From: a candidate division WOR-3 bacterium
GTDB taxonomy: Bacteria > Hydrothermota > Hydrothermia > WGAB01
NCBI GenBank assembly: GCA_015490555.1
Contig: WFXO01000029.1
Coordinates: 2,024-66,023, forward strand
Direction of reading: 5' to 3'
DNA: 64,000 bases
Shown: one piece after another, positions 1 through 8,266 of the stretch
Layout of the letters: every line of letters starts with the position of its first letter
Numbering within the stretch: position 1 is the stretch's first letter
Notes under the pieces: model-generated
Told to the model about the DNA's origin: nothing
Database searches by the model: none
What the model saw: only the letters and a program-made list of their open reading frames with translations
Program-made: the position numbers and the translations under genes

Positions 1-593
1 GGATGCCGATAAAGAACCTCCACGGCGAAAAGGGCGCCGCCCAGCGGGGCGCGGAAGATGGAGCCGATCCCACCGGCGGTCCCCGCGAGTAAGAGGATCC
101 GCGTATCCCGTGCGGAGAGTCGCAAAAGCCGGCCGAGCAGGGACCCAAACCCGGACCCAATCTGGGCGATCGGTCCTTCGCGGCCCGCGGATCCGCCCGT
201 TCCGATGGTCAACGCAGAAGCCAGAGTTTTAATGACTGGCACGATGGGTCGGACCTGCCCCCGTTTCCGGTGGAACGCCTCGATCACTGCGTCCGTCCCA
301 TGCCCCTCCGCTTCTGGTGCAAAGGTGTAGATCAGCAATCCGGCCAGGAGTCCACCCAGGGCAGGGACCAGCACCAGGAGCCACCGATGTCGGACAATCA
401 CCTCCACAACGTTTCCGAACCCGCCCTCTCCGGCCGGTTTAGGCATCATGTACCCGACCAGCCGCCCCAGGAAAAAGTCTCCCGTCACCCCGAGAAGCCA
501 ATGGAAAAAGACCGCCCCCGCTCCGGACACAATTCCCACAATAGCCCCGAGAAATAACCATTTCCCGAGGTGCTTGATTTCGACCTGTTCCAT
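1..593 (-). CDS. ClC-family chloride channel / H+/Cl- antiporter, N-terminal part (runs off window start)
   Basis: Not in the ORF track. Manual translation of the minus strand from ATG at 593 gives MEQVEIKHLGKWLFLGAIVGIVSGAGAVFF, APEAEGHGTDAVIEAFH, TIGTGGSAGREGPIAQIGSGFGS and GIGSIFRAPLGGALFAVEVL, which are ClC signature motifs. Confidence 0.93.
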   Translation of the reverse strand, partial: MEQVEIKHLGKWLFLGAIVGIVSGAGAVFFHWLLGVTGDFFLGRLVGYMMPKPAGEGGFGNVVEVIVRHRWLLVLVPALGGLLAGLLIYTFAPEAEGHGTDAVIEAFHRKRGQVRPIVPVIKTLASALTIGTGGSAGREGPIAQIGSGFGSLLGRLLRLSARDTRILLLAGTAGGIGSIFRAPLGGALFAVEVLYRH

Positions 594-677
594 CAGGGAA
601 TTGGGGAGTTTCAAGGTATCTAAATTTTAAGGCGAAACCAGCCTCCATTCCGAGAGTTCCTTTTATAGGTCCATTTC

Positions 678-706
678 TTGACCCTTTAGGGGCATCCCCC
701 TAAAAT
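678..706 (+). promoter_or_regulatory. sigma70-type promoter for nuoH with an overlapping inverted repeat
   Basis: TTGACC(678-683)-17 nt-TAAAAT(701-706). Inverted repeat TTTAGGGG(685-692)-CATC-CCCCTAAA(697-704). SD AAGGAG at 721-726. Confidence 0.6.
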
Positions 707-733
707 ACAACGGAATCCCGAAGGAGAACGAAA

Positions 734-1684
734 TTGGCGCAACCCATCTTTCAAACCCTTTGGAAAACCGGGGTTGTTTTTTTAGGGGCGCTCACCGCGG
801 CGGCCTATCTGGTACTGGCGGAACGGAAGTTCGCTGGCTATTTCCAGGAACGGTACGGGCCGAACCGCGTAGGGCCCTTCGGCCTTCTTCAGCCCCTTGC
901 GGATGCCGTCAAACTCCTCCTTAAAGAAGAAGTGATCTTTCCTCAGGCAAGCCGCGGTCTCTACCTGGCAGCCCCGGTCATCATCGGCGTCGCCGCCCTT
1001 CTCCCCCTGGCTGTGATCCCCTTTAGCGAGCACTTTTACATTGCCGATCTGCCGGTGGCGGTGCTCTATCTTCTGGCTGTCGGGTCGCTCAGCACCTACG
1101 GGGTCCTCCTGGGAGGCTGGTCTTCGAACAGTAAATACGCCCTGCTGGGTGGGCTTCGATCCGCCGCCCAAATGGTCTCCTACGAGATCGCCATGGCCCT
1201 GGCCCTCGTCGGCGTCGCCCTAATGGCCCAAAGCCTTTCCCTCGTCAAGATCGTCCAGGCTCAGCAATCCCTCTGGTTCTTGATCCCCCAAATCCTTGGG
1301 TTCGTGGTTTTCCTGATCGCTGCGTTTGCAGAAACCAACCGCTTGCCCTTCGACCTCCCCGAAGCAGAATCGGAACTCGTGGCCGGTTACCACACCGAGT
1401 ACAGCGCCTTTAAATTCGCGATGTTCTTCGTGGGAGAGTATATCCACCTGTTCATCGTAGGATGCCTGGTCACCGTCCTCTATCTGGGCGGATGGTATGG
1501 CCCCTGGAAACCGGGGCCACACTGGTTCTTCCTGAAAACATTCCTCGTCCTGTTCTTCATGATCTGGGTCCGATGGACCTACCCTCGGTTCCGATTCGAC
1601 CAACTCATGCGCTTTAGTTGGAAGGTCTTGATCCCGGTGGCCCTGTTGAATCTCTTGTTGACCAGTTTGTGGATGGCACTATGA
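734..1684 (+). CDS. nuoH: NADH-quinone oxidoreductase subunit H
   Basis: ERKFAG..Q.RYGPNRVGPFGLLQPLADAVKLLLKE, ETNRLPFDLPEAESELVAGYHTEYS, PRFRFDQLM; TTG start after SD. Confidence 0.97.
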   Translation: MAQPIFQTLWKTGVVFLGALTAAAYLVLAERKFAGYFQERYGPNRVGPFGLLQPLADAVKLLLKEEVIFPQASRGLYLAAPVIIGVAALLPLAVIPFSEHFYIADLPVAVLYLLAVGSLSTYGVLLGGWSSNSKYALLGGLRSAAQMVSYEIAMALALVGVALMAQSLSLVKIVQAQQSLWFLIPQILGFVVFLIAAFAETNRLPFDLPEAESELVAGYHTEYSAFKFAMFFVGEYIHLFIVGCLVTVLYLGGWYGPWKPGPHWFFLKTFLVLFFMIWVRWTYPRFRFDQLMRFSWKVLIPVALLNLLLTSLWMAL

Positions 1685-2175
1685 CGACACTCTTTTGGCT
1701 TTTCGGGGTTTTGGCAATCGTCGGGGCCCTCGGGGTGCTCTTCCAGACCCACCCCGTTCGGGGCGCCCTGTTCCTGCTGTTGAACTTTTTAGCCATCGGC
1801 GTACTTTACTTGCTGGCTCGAGCCCCCTTCGTCGGCTTTGTCCAGATCCTGGTGTACGCCGGCGCGATCGTGGTCCTGTTCCTCGTCGCCATCATGGTCA
1901 TGGACCTCCGACGGTTGGAGTCAGACTTTGACCTCGGACTCATGGGATTCCTGACCTTCGTGCTCGGTGTAGCGTTTTTTGTGATCGTCGCACTCGTCCT
2001 CCTGAAAAACCAGATCCCGGAAGTCTCACCACCCCCGACCGGAACACCAGAAGCCCTGGGAGAGTGGCTGTTCGGACAGTATCTCGTCCCGTTTGAATTG
2101 GCGTCCATCCTCCTCCTGGTCGCAATTGTCGGGGCCATTGTCTTGATCCGAAGGAGAAGACAAGATGTCTCCTAA
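1681..2175 (+). CDS. nuoJ: NADH-quinone oxidoreductase subunit J
   Basis: QILVYAGAIVVLFL and YLVPFELASILLLVAIVGA motifs; ATG at 1681 overlaps the nuoH stop (ATGA). Confidence 0.95.
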   Translation: MTTLFWLFGVLAIVGALGVLFQTHPVRGALFLLLNFLAIGVLYLLARAPFVGFVQILVYAGAIVVLFLVAIMVMDLRRLESDFDLGLMGFLTFVLGVAFFVIVALVLLKNQIPEVSPPPTGTPEALGEWLFGQYLVPFELASILLLVAIVGAIVLIRRRRQDVS

Positions 2176-2473
2176 CGCCTACATCCTCCTCGGCCTCCTC
2201 TTGTTTACCATCGGGATGATCGGCGTGCTGTTCCGACGAAACTTGATGTTCATCCTGATGAATCTGGAACTGATGATGAACGCAGTTGGCCTGGTCCTCG
2301 TGGGCGCCTCTCTCGGCGGATGGATCGAAGGACAACTCATCATCCTGATGATCCTTGTGGTCGCCGCCTCAGAGGTGGCCATCGGCATCGGGATCCTGAT
2401 CAACGTCGTCCGGCTTACCGGCCGTCCGGATGTGGACCACCTCCCTAAAGCCCCGGAGGAATCCACACCATGA
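2165..2473 (+). CDS. nuoK: NADH-quinone oxidoreductase subunit K
   Basis: RRNLMFILMNLELMMNA and VAASEVAIG motifs; 102 aa with 3 TM. Confidence 0.95.
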   Translation: MSPNAYILLGLLLFTIGMIGVLFRRNLMFILMNLELMMNAVGLVLVGASLGGWIEGQLIILMILVVAASEVAIGIGILINVVRLTGRPDVDHLPKAPEESTP

Positions 2474-4359
2474 AGGGGATCCTGCTGATGACCCTTTTTG
2501 CGCCCCTGGCCGGTGCGATCCTCAACGGCTTTTTGGGCACCTGGTTCCGAAAGAAGGCACACTTCCCGGCTATCGTAGCCGTAGGGCTCTCCTTCCTGGG
2601 CTCCCTCGTCTTGTTCCAGTGGAGCCTTCAGCATCCCTTAGGTCAAGAATGGATCCTCTACACCTGGGTCCCTGTCGCCGATCTCCGGGTTCCCTTTGGC
2701 CTCCTCTTTGACCGATTGGCCGCCATCATGCTCCTCGTGGTCACCACCGTCTCCTTCCTGGTCCACATCTACTCCATCGGCTACATGGCAGACGATCCCG
2801 GATATCGCCGGTATTTCGCCTATCTCAATCTCTTCGTCTTCTCCATGCTCCTCCTGGTGCTCGCCAACAACTTCCTGCTCCTCTTCGTGGGCTGGGAGGC
2901 CGTAGGACTCTGTTCGTACCTGTTGATCGGGTTTTGGTATGAGAAAAAGACGGCCTCGGACGCCGGCAAAAAGGCCTTTATCGTCAACCGGATCGGCGAT
3001 GCCGGGTTCCTGTTAGGAATCTTCACCCTGTTTGCGACCTTTGGCACCCTAGAATACACCCGGATCTTTGAGATCGTTCAAAGCAATCCCGGCTACTTCT
3101 CGGGTGTTCTTGCGGCCGCCACCCTGTTCCTCTTCATGGGTGCGGTGGGGAAATCCGCCCAATTCCCGCTCTATGTGTGGCTCCCGGACGCGATGGAAGG
3201 CCCCACCCCGGTCTCCGCCCTCATCCACGCCGCTACCATGGTCACTGCCGGCGTCTACATGGTCGCACGGAGCCATCCCTTGTTCCAGGAAGTCCCTCAA
3301 ATCGGGACCCTGGTGGCCTCCATCGGCGCGTTTACAGCGATCTTTGCGGCCTCGATTGCCCTGGTCACGGATGACATCAAACGGGTCCTGGCGTATTCCA
3401 CCATCTCTCAACTGGGCTACATGTTCGTGGCGGTCGGGCTGGGCGCCTATACGGCCGGGATCTTCCACCTCTTTACCCACGCCTTTTTCAAAGGGCTGTT
3501 GTTCCTGGCCGCCGGCAGTGTGATGCACGCCACCGGCGGGGAACTCAATATGCACAAAATGGGGGGACTGTGGAAAAAGATGCCCCATACTGGTTGGACC
3601 TTCGTCATTGGCGCGCTGGCCCTTTCCGGCATCCCCCCACTGGCTGGCTTTTTCTCCAAAGACGAGATCCTGGCCTCCGCCTTCCGCACCGGACACACCT
3701 TGATCTGGGGCGTCGCCTGGGCAACGGCTTTCCTGACCGCCCTCTACATGTTCCGCCTGATCTTCAAGGTCTTCTTCGGCAACCCCCGGGACCCGGCCCT
3801 CTACGAGCACGCCCATGAGTCTCCGCCCGTCATGACCGTCCCGATGTGGATCCTGGCTGTGCTTTCCGTGACCGTCGGCTGGCTGGGATTGGGCGAAGAA
3901 AGTAGCCTGTTCCACCGATTCCTGGCGCCCACCCTGGGACACCTGGAGATCGTGCCGCCCATGGTCGAAAAAGAGGCCGGGCTCGGCCTAATCCTCTTGT
4001 CCGTCGCGGCCGGCCTGGCCGGCATCTGGCTGGCGTATCAAATGTTCCTCAAGGGGTCTCCAAACCCCACCGCCCTCGCCCAACGCGCCGGCTTCTTCTA
4101 CCGACTCCTGAAAGGCAAATACTACGTGGACGAACTCTATCAAACGGTCATCGTCACCCCGATCCGCGGCTTGGCGGTGCTCACCTTCCGCTTGGTGGAC
4201 CGGATCTTGATCGACGGGACCGTCAACCTCACCGGGAAATCCCTGGCAGCTACCGGCAATGTGATCCGCAAAGGCAGTTCGGCACGGACCCGAACCTACC
4301 TGTTCTGGGTCCTCCTCGGGGCCCACGTGCTCCTGTGGTTCCTATTGAAAGGGAGATAA
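2470..4359 (+). CDS. nuoL: NADH-quinone oxidoreductase subunit L
   Basis: KAFIVNRIGD, GKSAQFPLYVWLPDAMEGPTPVSALIHAATMV, HLFTHAFFKG motifs. Confidence 0.97.
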   Translation: MKGILLMTLFAPLAGAILNGFLGTWFRKKAHFPAIVAVGLSFLGSLVLFQWSLQHPLGQEWILYTWVPVADLRVPFGLLFDRLAAIMLLVVTTVSFLVHIYSIGYMADDPGYRRYFAYLNLFVFSMLLLVLANNFLLLFVGWEAVGLCSYLLIGFWYEKKTASDAGKKAFIVNRIGDAGFLLGIFTLFATFGTLEYTRIFEIVQSNPGYFSGVLAAATLFLFMGAVGKSAQFPLYVWLPDAMEGPTPVSALIHAATMVTAGVYMVARSHPLFQEVPQIGTLVASIGAFTAIFAASIALVTDDIKRVLAYSTISQLGYMFVAVGLGAYTAGIFHLFTHAFFKGLLFLAAGSVMHATGGELNMHKMGGLWKKMPHTGWTFVIGALALSGIPPLAGFFSKDEILASAFRTGHTLIWGVAWATAFLTALYMFRLIFKVFFGNPRDPALYEHAHESPPVMTVPMWILAVLSVTVGWLGLGEESSLFHRFLAPTLGHLEIVPPMVEKEAGLGLILLSVAAGLAGIWLAYQMFLKGSPNPTALAQRAGFFYRLLKGKYYVDELYQTVIVTPIRGLAVLTFRLVDRILIDGTVNLTGKSLAATGNVIRKGSSARTRTYLFWVLLGAHVLLWFLLKGR

Positions 4360-4363
4360 CGCG

Positions 4364-5863
4364 ATGCTGAGCGTGGTCATCTTCGCACCCCTGGTGCTGA
4401 GCCTCCCGCTCTTCTTCCTGCGGGGGCGAAAGGCATGGTTTGGCTATACATGGTTTGCCAGCGTGGTGGTCTTTGTCTTGTCCCTGGCTTTGCTCCGGGG
4501 CTTCCAATGGGAGACCCCTGGCTTCCAATGGGAACAGCAGGTGGAATGGCTCCCGACCCTCGGGGCGTCCTATCACATCGGGATTGATGGCCTCAGCCTC
4601 ATCCTGATCCTGTTGACCACCTTCTTGACCACGATCTCCATTCTCGCGTCGTTCCGATACATCCAGCACCGGATCCGGGAATTCTGCATTGCCATGCTCG
4701 TCCTGGAAGGCGCCATGATCGGCGTCTTCGCCTCCCTCGACCTCCTCCTCTTCTTCATCTTCTGGGAAGTGATGCTCGTCCCGATGTTCCTGTTGATCGG
4801 GGTCTGGGGCCACGACCGACGCATCTATGCGGCCTTCAAGTTCGTACTCTATACCATGGCCGGCAGCGCGTTCCTCCTGTTCGCCATCCTCGTCTTACGG
4901 CTCAAAACCGGGACCTTCGACCTGGTCACCCTGCAACAGACGGTCGGCAACCTTCCGGGTGCGATCCAGCGCTGGGCGTTCCTGGCGTTCGCGATCGCCT
5001 TTGCCATCAAGGTGCCCCTGGTCCCCTTCCACACCTGGCTCCCGGACGCCCACGTGGAAGCCCCCACCGCCGGCTCCGTCCTCCTCGCCGGGATCCTCCT
5101 GAAAATGGGCGTCTATGGCTTCCTGAGATTCAACTTTGCGCTGTTCCCCTCGATCGCCCGGGACCTGGCACCCCTGTTCATGGCCCTCGGGGTGATCGGC
5201 ATCCTCTACGGTGCATGGATGAGTTGGGTCCAAACGGACCTGAAAAAACTCATTGCGTATTCTTCGGTGGCACACCTGGGCTTTGTCATCCTGGGGATCT
5301 TCACGTTTACCCCCTGGGGGCTCCAGGGCGGGATCCTGCAGATGGTCAACCACGGGCTCTCGACCGGCGCCCTCTTCCTGGCCGCCGGCCTGCTCTATGA
5401 ACGAAAACACACCCGCGAGATGAGCCAATTGGTGGGCATCGGGAAATTGATGCCCGTCTTTTCCACCGTGTTCGGCATCGTCATGCTCTCCTCGATCGGC
5501 CTCCCCGGCTTGAACGGCTTTGTGGGCGAATTCCTGATCCTTCTCGGCACCTTCCAGGTGAGCAAAACGCTCGCCTTCTTCGGTGTGCTGGGCATCATCT
5601 TTGCCGCCGTGTACATGCTCTCCATGTTCCAGAAAGTCGTGTTCTCGCCTCCTCGAGAAGAGGATCGGGGGTTGCTGAAAGATCTGACGCTCCGCGAGTG
5701 GCTGGTGTTCGTGCCTCTCCTGGTCTTCATCTTCGCCATCGGCGTCTATCCCCGGCCCTTCTTGAAATTCGGAAAGATCCCCAGCCAGCAGGTCATCGAA
5801 CGGGTTGCGCCGGAAACCCCGACACCGACCCTGTCCCCACACGCAGAGGAGGGAGAACCATGA
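4364..5863 (+). CDS. nuoM: NADH-quinone oxidoreductase subunit M
   Basis: IKVPLVPFHTWLPDAHVEAPTAGSV, LIAYSSVAH, LPGLNGFVGEF motifs. Confidence 0.97.
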   Translation: MLSVVIFAPLVLSLPLFFLRGRKAWFGYTWFASVVVFVLSLALLRGFQWETPGFQWEQQVEWLPTLGASYHIGIDGLSLILILLTTFLTTISILASFRYIQHRIREFCIAMLVLEGAMIGVFASLDLLLFFIFWEVMLVPMFLLIGVWGHDRRIYAAFKFVLYTMAGSAFLLFAILVLRLKTGTFDLVTLQQTVGNLPGAIQRWAFLAFAIAFAIKVPLVPFHTWLPDAHVEAPTAGSVLLAGILLKMGVYGFLRFNFALFPSIARDLAPLFMALGVIGILYGAWMSWVQTDLKKLIAYSSVAHLGFVILGIFTFTPWGLQGGILQMVNHGLSTGALFLAAGLLYERKHTREMSQLVGIGKLMPVFSTVFGIVMLSSIGLPGLNGFVGEFLILLGTFQVSKTLAFFGVLGIIFAAVYMLSMFQKVVFSPPREEDRGLLKDLTLREWLVFVPLLVFIFAIGVYPRPFLKFGKIPSQQVIERVAPETPTPTLSPHAEEGEP

Positions 5864-7236
5864 TCCCGGTCCACCTGTTGGCCCCAGAATTTGCCGTCAC
5901 CGGGACCGCGCTCCTCATCCTGCTCCTCTCGTTTCTGACCCCACGCCGCCACCAGATCGCAGGCTCAATCACGGCCCTCGGACTCCTCCTGGCGATGTTC
6001 CTGGAAATGGGCAGCATGGGCCATTCGGCCACCCTGCTCATGCTCCAGATTGACCCGATCACCCGGCTCTTCAGCCTCATCTTCATCCTGGGCACCTTCC
6101 TGGTGACCCTCCTGACGGTGGATACCTTCGAAGAATGCCCTCCCGAAGTCTATTTCTTCCTCCTCACCGGCCTCCTGGGGATGATGATCCTCGCCAAGTC
6201 CACCCACCTGGTCCTGACCTTCCTGGCTCTGGAACTGCTGTCCTTCTCCCTGTTTGTCCTGGTTACCCTGGTGCGGACCCCGAAAGCCGTGCATGCGGGC
6301 GTCAAGTTCTTCCTGGTTGGCGCCTTCTCCTCTTCTTTTCTCCTGATGGGACTGGCCCTGCTCCTGGCCGCCGGCGGCAACCTCTCCTATGAAACGGTGT
6401 TCCACGCGTCCCGGACTCCCTTAGGACTGCTTGGCCTGATCTTCCTGCTGGTGGGCTTCGGGTTCAAACTCCTCTATGTGCCGTTCCACTTCTGGGCGCC
6501 GGATGTCTTTGAAGGCGCCCCGTCCGCCATCGTCGCGTATGTCGCCTCGGCTCCCAAGGCGGCCGGCATCGCCATCTTGATCCCGATCCTGACCCGTGGC
6601 TTCGCTCCGTATCTCCCAATCTGGGCTTCGACCTTCACGACCCTGGCCTTTCTGACCATGATCGCCGGGAACCTGGCCGCCCTCCGCGAAAGGAACGTCA
6701 AACGGATGCTCGCCTTCTCCACCGTGGCCCATGCGGGCTACCTCCTCGTGGGCTTCGCAACCCACACCCCGGCAGCCTACGCCTCCTTGTTCCTCTACCT
6801 CCTCATCTATGTGGTCATGACCATTGGCGCCTTCGCAGGGATCGTGGCCCTCCAGGAAGACGCCACCCTGGATGACCTCAAAGGCCTCGCCACCCAGTCT
6901 CCGCTGTTGGCGTTCTTGACGAGCCTCTTCTTCCTCAGCCTGGCCGGGATCCCCCCGACGGGCGGGTTCGTCGCAAAACTCTATCTCTTCAAAGCCGCGA
7001 TACAGGGAGGCCAGGGCGGACTGGCCTTCTTTGCGTTCCTCAATAGCGTGGTCTCCGCCTACTACTACCTCCAGGTACCGGCGGCGTTGTACATGCACAC
7101 ACCGGCCGGCCCCACCCACCGGCTCCCCGAAAAACCGATGCTCTCCTCTGCCCTCTGGATCGGACTCGTGCTCGTCTTCTACCTTGGCCTGTTCCCCGAT
7201 AGTGTGTACTGGGTCATCCAAAACCTTTTCCGCTGA
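5860..7236 (+). CDS. nuoN: NADH-quinone oxidoreductase subunit N
   Basis: PFHFWAPDVFEGAP, KRMLAFSTVAHAGY, SLAGIPPTGGFVAK; ATG at 5860 overlaps the nuoM stop (the ORF track start at 5698 is too early). Confidence 0.95.
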   Translation: MIPVHLLAPEFAVTGTALLILLLSFLTPRRHQIAGSITALGLLLAMFLEMGSMGHSATLLMLQIDPITRLFSLIFILGTFLVTLLTVDTFEECPPEVYFFLLTGLLGMMILAKSTHLVLTFLALELLSFSLFVLVTLVRTPKAVHAGVKFFLVGAFSSSFLLMGLALLLAAGGNLSYETVFHASRTPLGLLGLIFLLVGFGFKLLYVPFHFWAPDVFEGAPSAIVAYVASAPKAAGIAILIPILTRGFAPYLPIWASTFTTLAFLTMIAGNLAALRERNVKRMLAFSTVAHAGYLLVGFATHTPAAYASLFLYLLIYVVMTIGAFAGIVALQEDATLDDLKGLATQSPLLAFLTSLFFLSLAGIPPTGGFVAKLYLFKAAIQGGQGGLAFFAFLNSVVSAYYYLQVPAALYMHTPAGPTHRLPEKPMLSSALWIGLVLVFYLGLFPDSVYWVIQNLFR

Positions 7237-7976
7237 TGCAGGTCCATCGTTTGACCGTCGCCTCGATCCAATTTACGAACCCTCAGGTCTTCTTGTTGGA
7301 ACTCCAGGCCTATGCGGGCGACCCGCCACAGCCCGGCCAGTTCTTTGAATTCAAGATCGGCGAGGGCTTCGACCCTCTGCTCTGGCGCCCGATGAGTGTG
7401 ATGGACGCCTGGAGCGACCGCCTCCTTTTCCTGACCCAACTCCGCGGACGGGGCACCCAATGGCTCGCTCAACGCTCCGAAGGAGATATGATCGAGATCC
7501 TGGGCCCCCTGGGCCGGGGGTTTCCGATCCCCGAGGAACCGGTAACCCTTGTGGCAGGAGGGACCGGCGTCGCCCCCCTGTACTTTCTGGCCCGGCGGCA
7601 TCCGGACCGCGTTCAGAAACTCATCGCCGGCTTCGCCACCTCCCCGGGCCAACTCCTGCTGGACCGATTCTATGCCCTGCCGGTGCCCGTGATCCTCACG
7701 ACCGAAGATGGCTCCTTAGGCCTTCCAGGGACCGTCCTCGACGTCCCGGACCTCCAGGACCGCCCCCTCGTGTATCTCTGCGGACCCGGCGGCATGATTC
7801 GACGGTTCCAAGAACTCGGCTTCGAAGGGTGGATGTCCTTAGAAGATGTGATGGGGTGCGGCACCGGACTCTGCTTCGGATGCGCCGCATGGCACCGCAA
7901 AGAACAACGCTATGTCCGCACCTGCGTCGAAGGCCCGGCCTTCCCCCTCCAGGACGTGGAATCCCTCCTGTTTTGA
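7236..7976 (+). CDS. pyrK: PyrK-like FAD/[2Fe-2S] electron-transfer subunit (FNR family)
   Basis: PGQF, RPMS (FAD), GPLGRGF, AGGTGVAP (NAD), CGP and C-terminal MGCGTGLCFGC...TCVEGP [2Fe-2S] motif; TGATG coupling to nuoN. Confidence 0.85.
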   Translation: MQVHRLTVASIQFTNPQVFLLELQAYAGDPPQPGQFFEFKIGEGFDPLLWRPMSVMDAWSDRLLFLTQLRGRGTQWLAQRSEGDMIEILGPLGRGFPIPEEPVTLVAGGTGVAPLYFLARRHPDRVQKLIAGFATSPGQLLLDRFYALPVPVILTTEDGSLGLPGTVLDVPDLQDRPLVYLCGPGGMIRRFQELGFEGWMSLEDVMGCGTGLCFGCAAWHRKEQRYVRTCVEGPAFPLQDVESLLF

Positions 7977-8034
7977 GATACCTCCCGCCTCACCTCACCC
8001 CTACCCCCCAACTCGGCTCCGCTAAACTATGCCG

Positions 8035-8107
8035 TCCCCCTTTCCCAAAGGGGGATTCAGGGGGATTCTTCTCTTCCCCCTTTTCCAAAGGGGGACCGAG
8101 GGGGATT
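8035..8107. repeat. two tandem REP-like palindromic units (40-nt period)
   Basis: TCCCCCTTT-CCC-AAAGGGGGA-TTC-AGGGGGATT (8035-8067) and TCCCCCTTT-TCC-AAAGGGGGA-CCG-AGGGGGATT (8075-8107). Confidence 0.85.
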
Positions 8108-8110
8108 CCA

Positions 8111-8166
8111 CCACAAACCACAAACTACTCACCACCCACTACAAACTACAAGCCACAAACCACACG
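8111..8166. repeat. degenerate heptamer tandem repeat, 8 units (consensus CYACAAA)
   Basis: CCACAAA CCACAAA CTACTCA CCACCCA CTACAAA CTACAAG CCACAAA CCACACG. Confidence 0.85.
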
Positions 8167-8189
8167 CCATGTTTACGACTCTCCCCAAA

Positions 8190-8211
8190 CCCCTCCCTGA
8201 CCAGGGAGGGG
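8190..8211. repeat. GC-rich hairpin (REP-like or possible terminator) between convergent genes
   Basis: CCCCTCCCT-GACC-AGGGAGGGG, a 9-bp perfect stem with no clear U-tract. Confidence 0.6.
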
Positions 8212-8266
8212 CTATATGGTGCAGTGGATCCTGTCCAGGAATGGGCCCATATGTTGAGATCAAGAC

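Noticed and set aside
3049..7221. Long antisense ORFs (297, 315, 266 aa) over nuoL/M/N
   Set aside because: Mirror frames of hydrophobic, high-GC3 genes; no independent evidence.
8035..8107. Possible mini-CRISPR (two 33-nt palindromic repeats)
   Set aside because: Only 2 units, a 7-nt linker instead of a 30-40 nt spacer, and no cas genes in the window.
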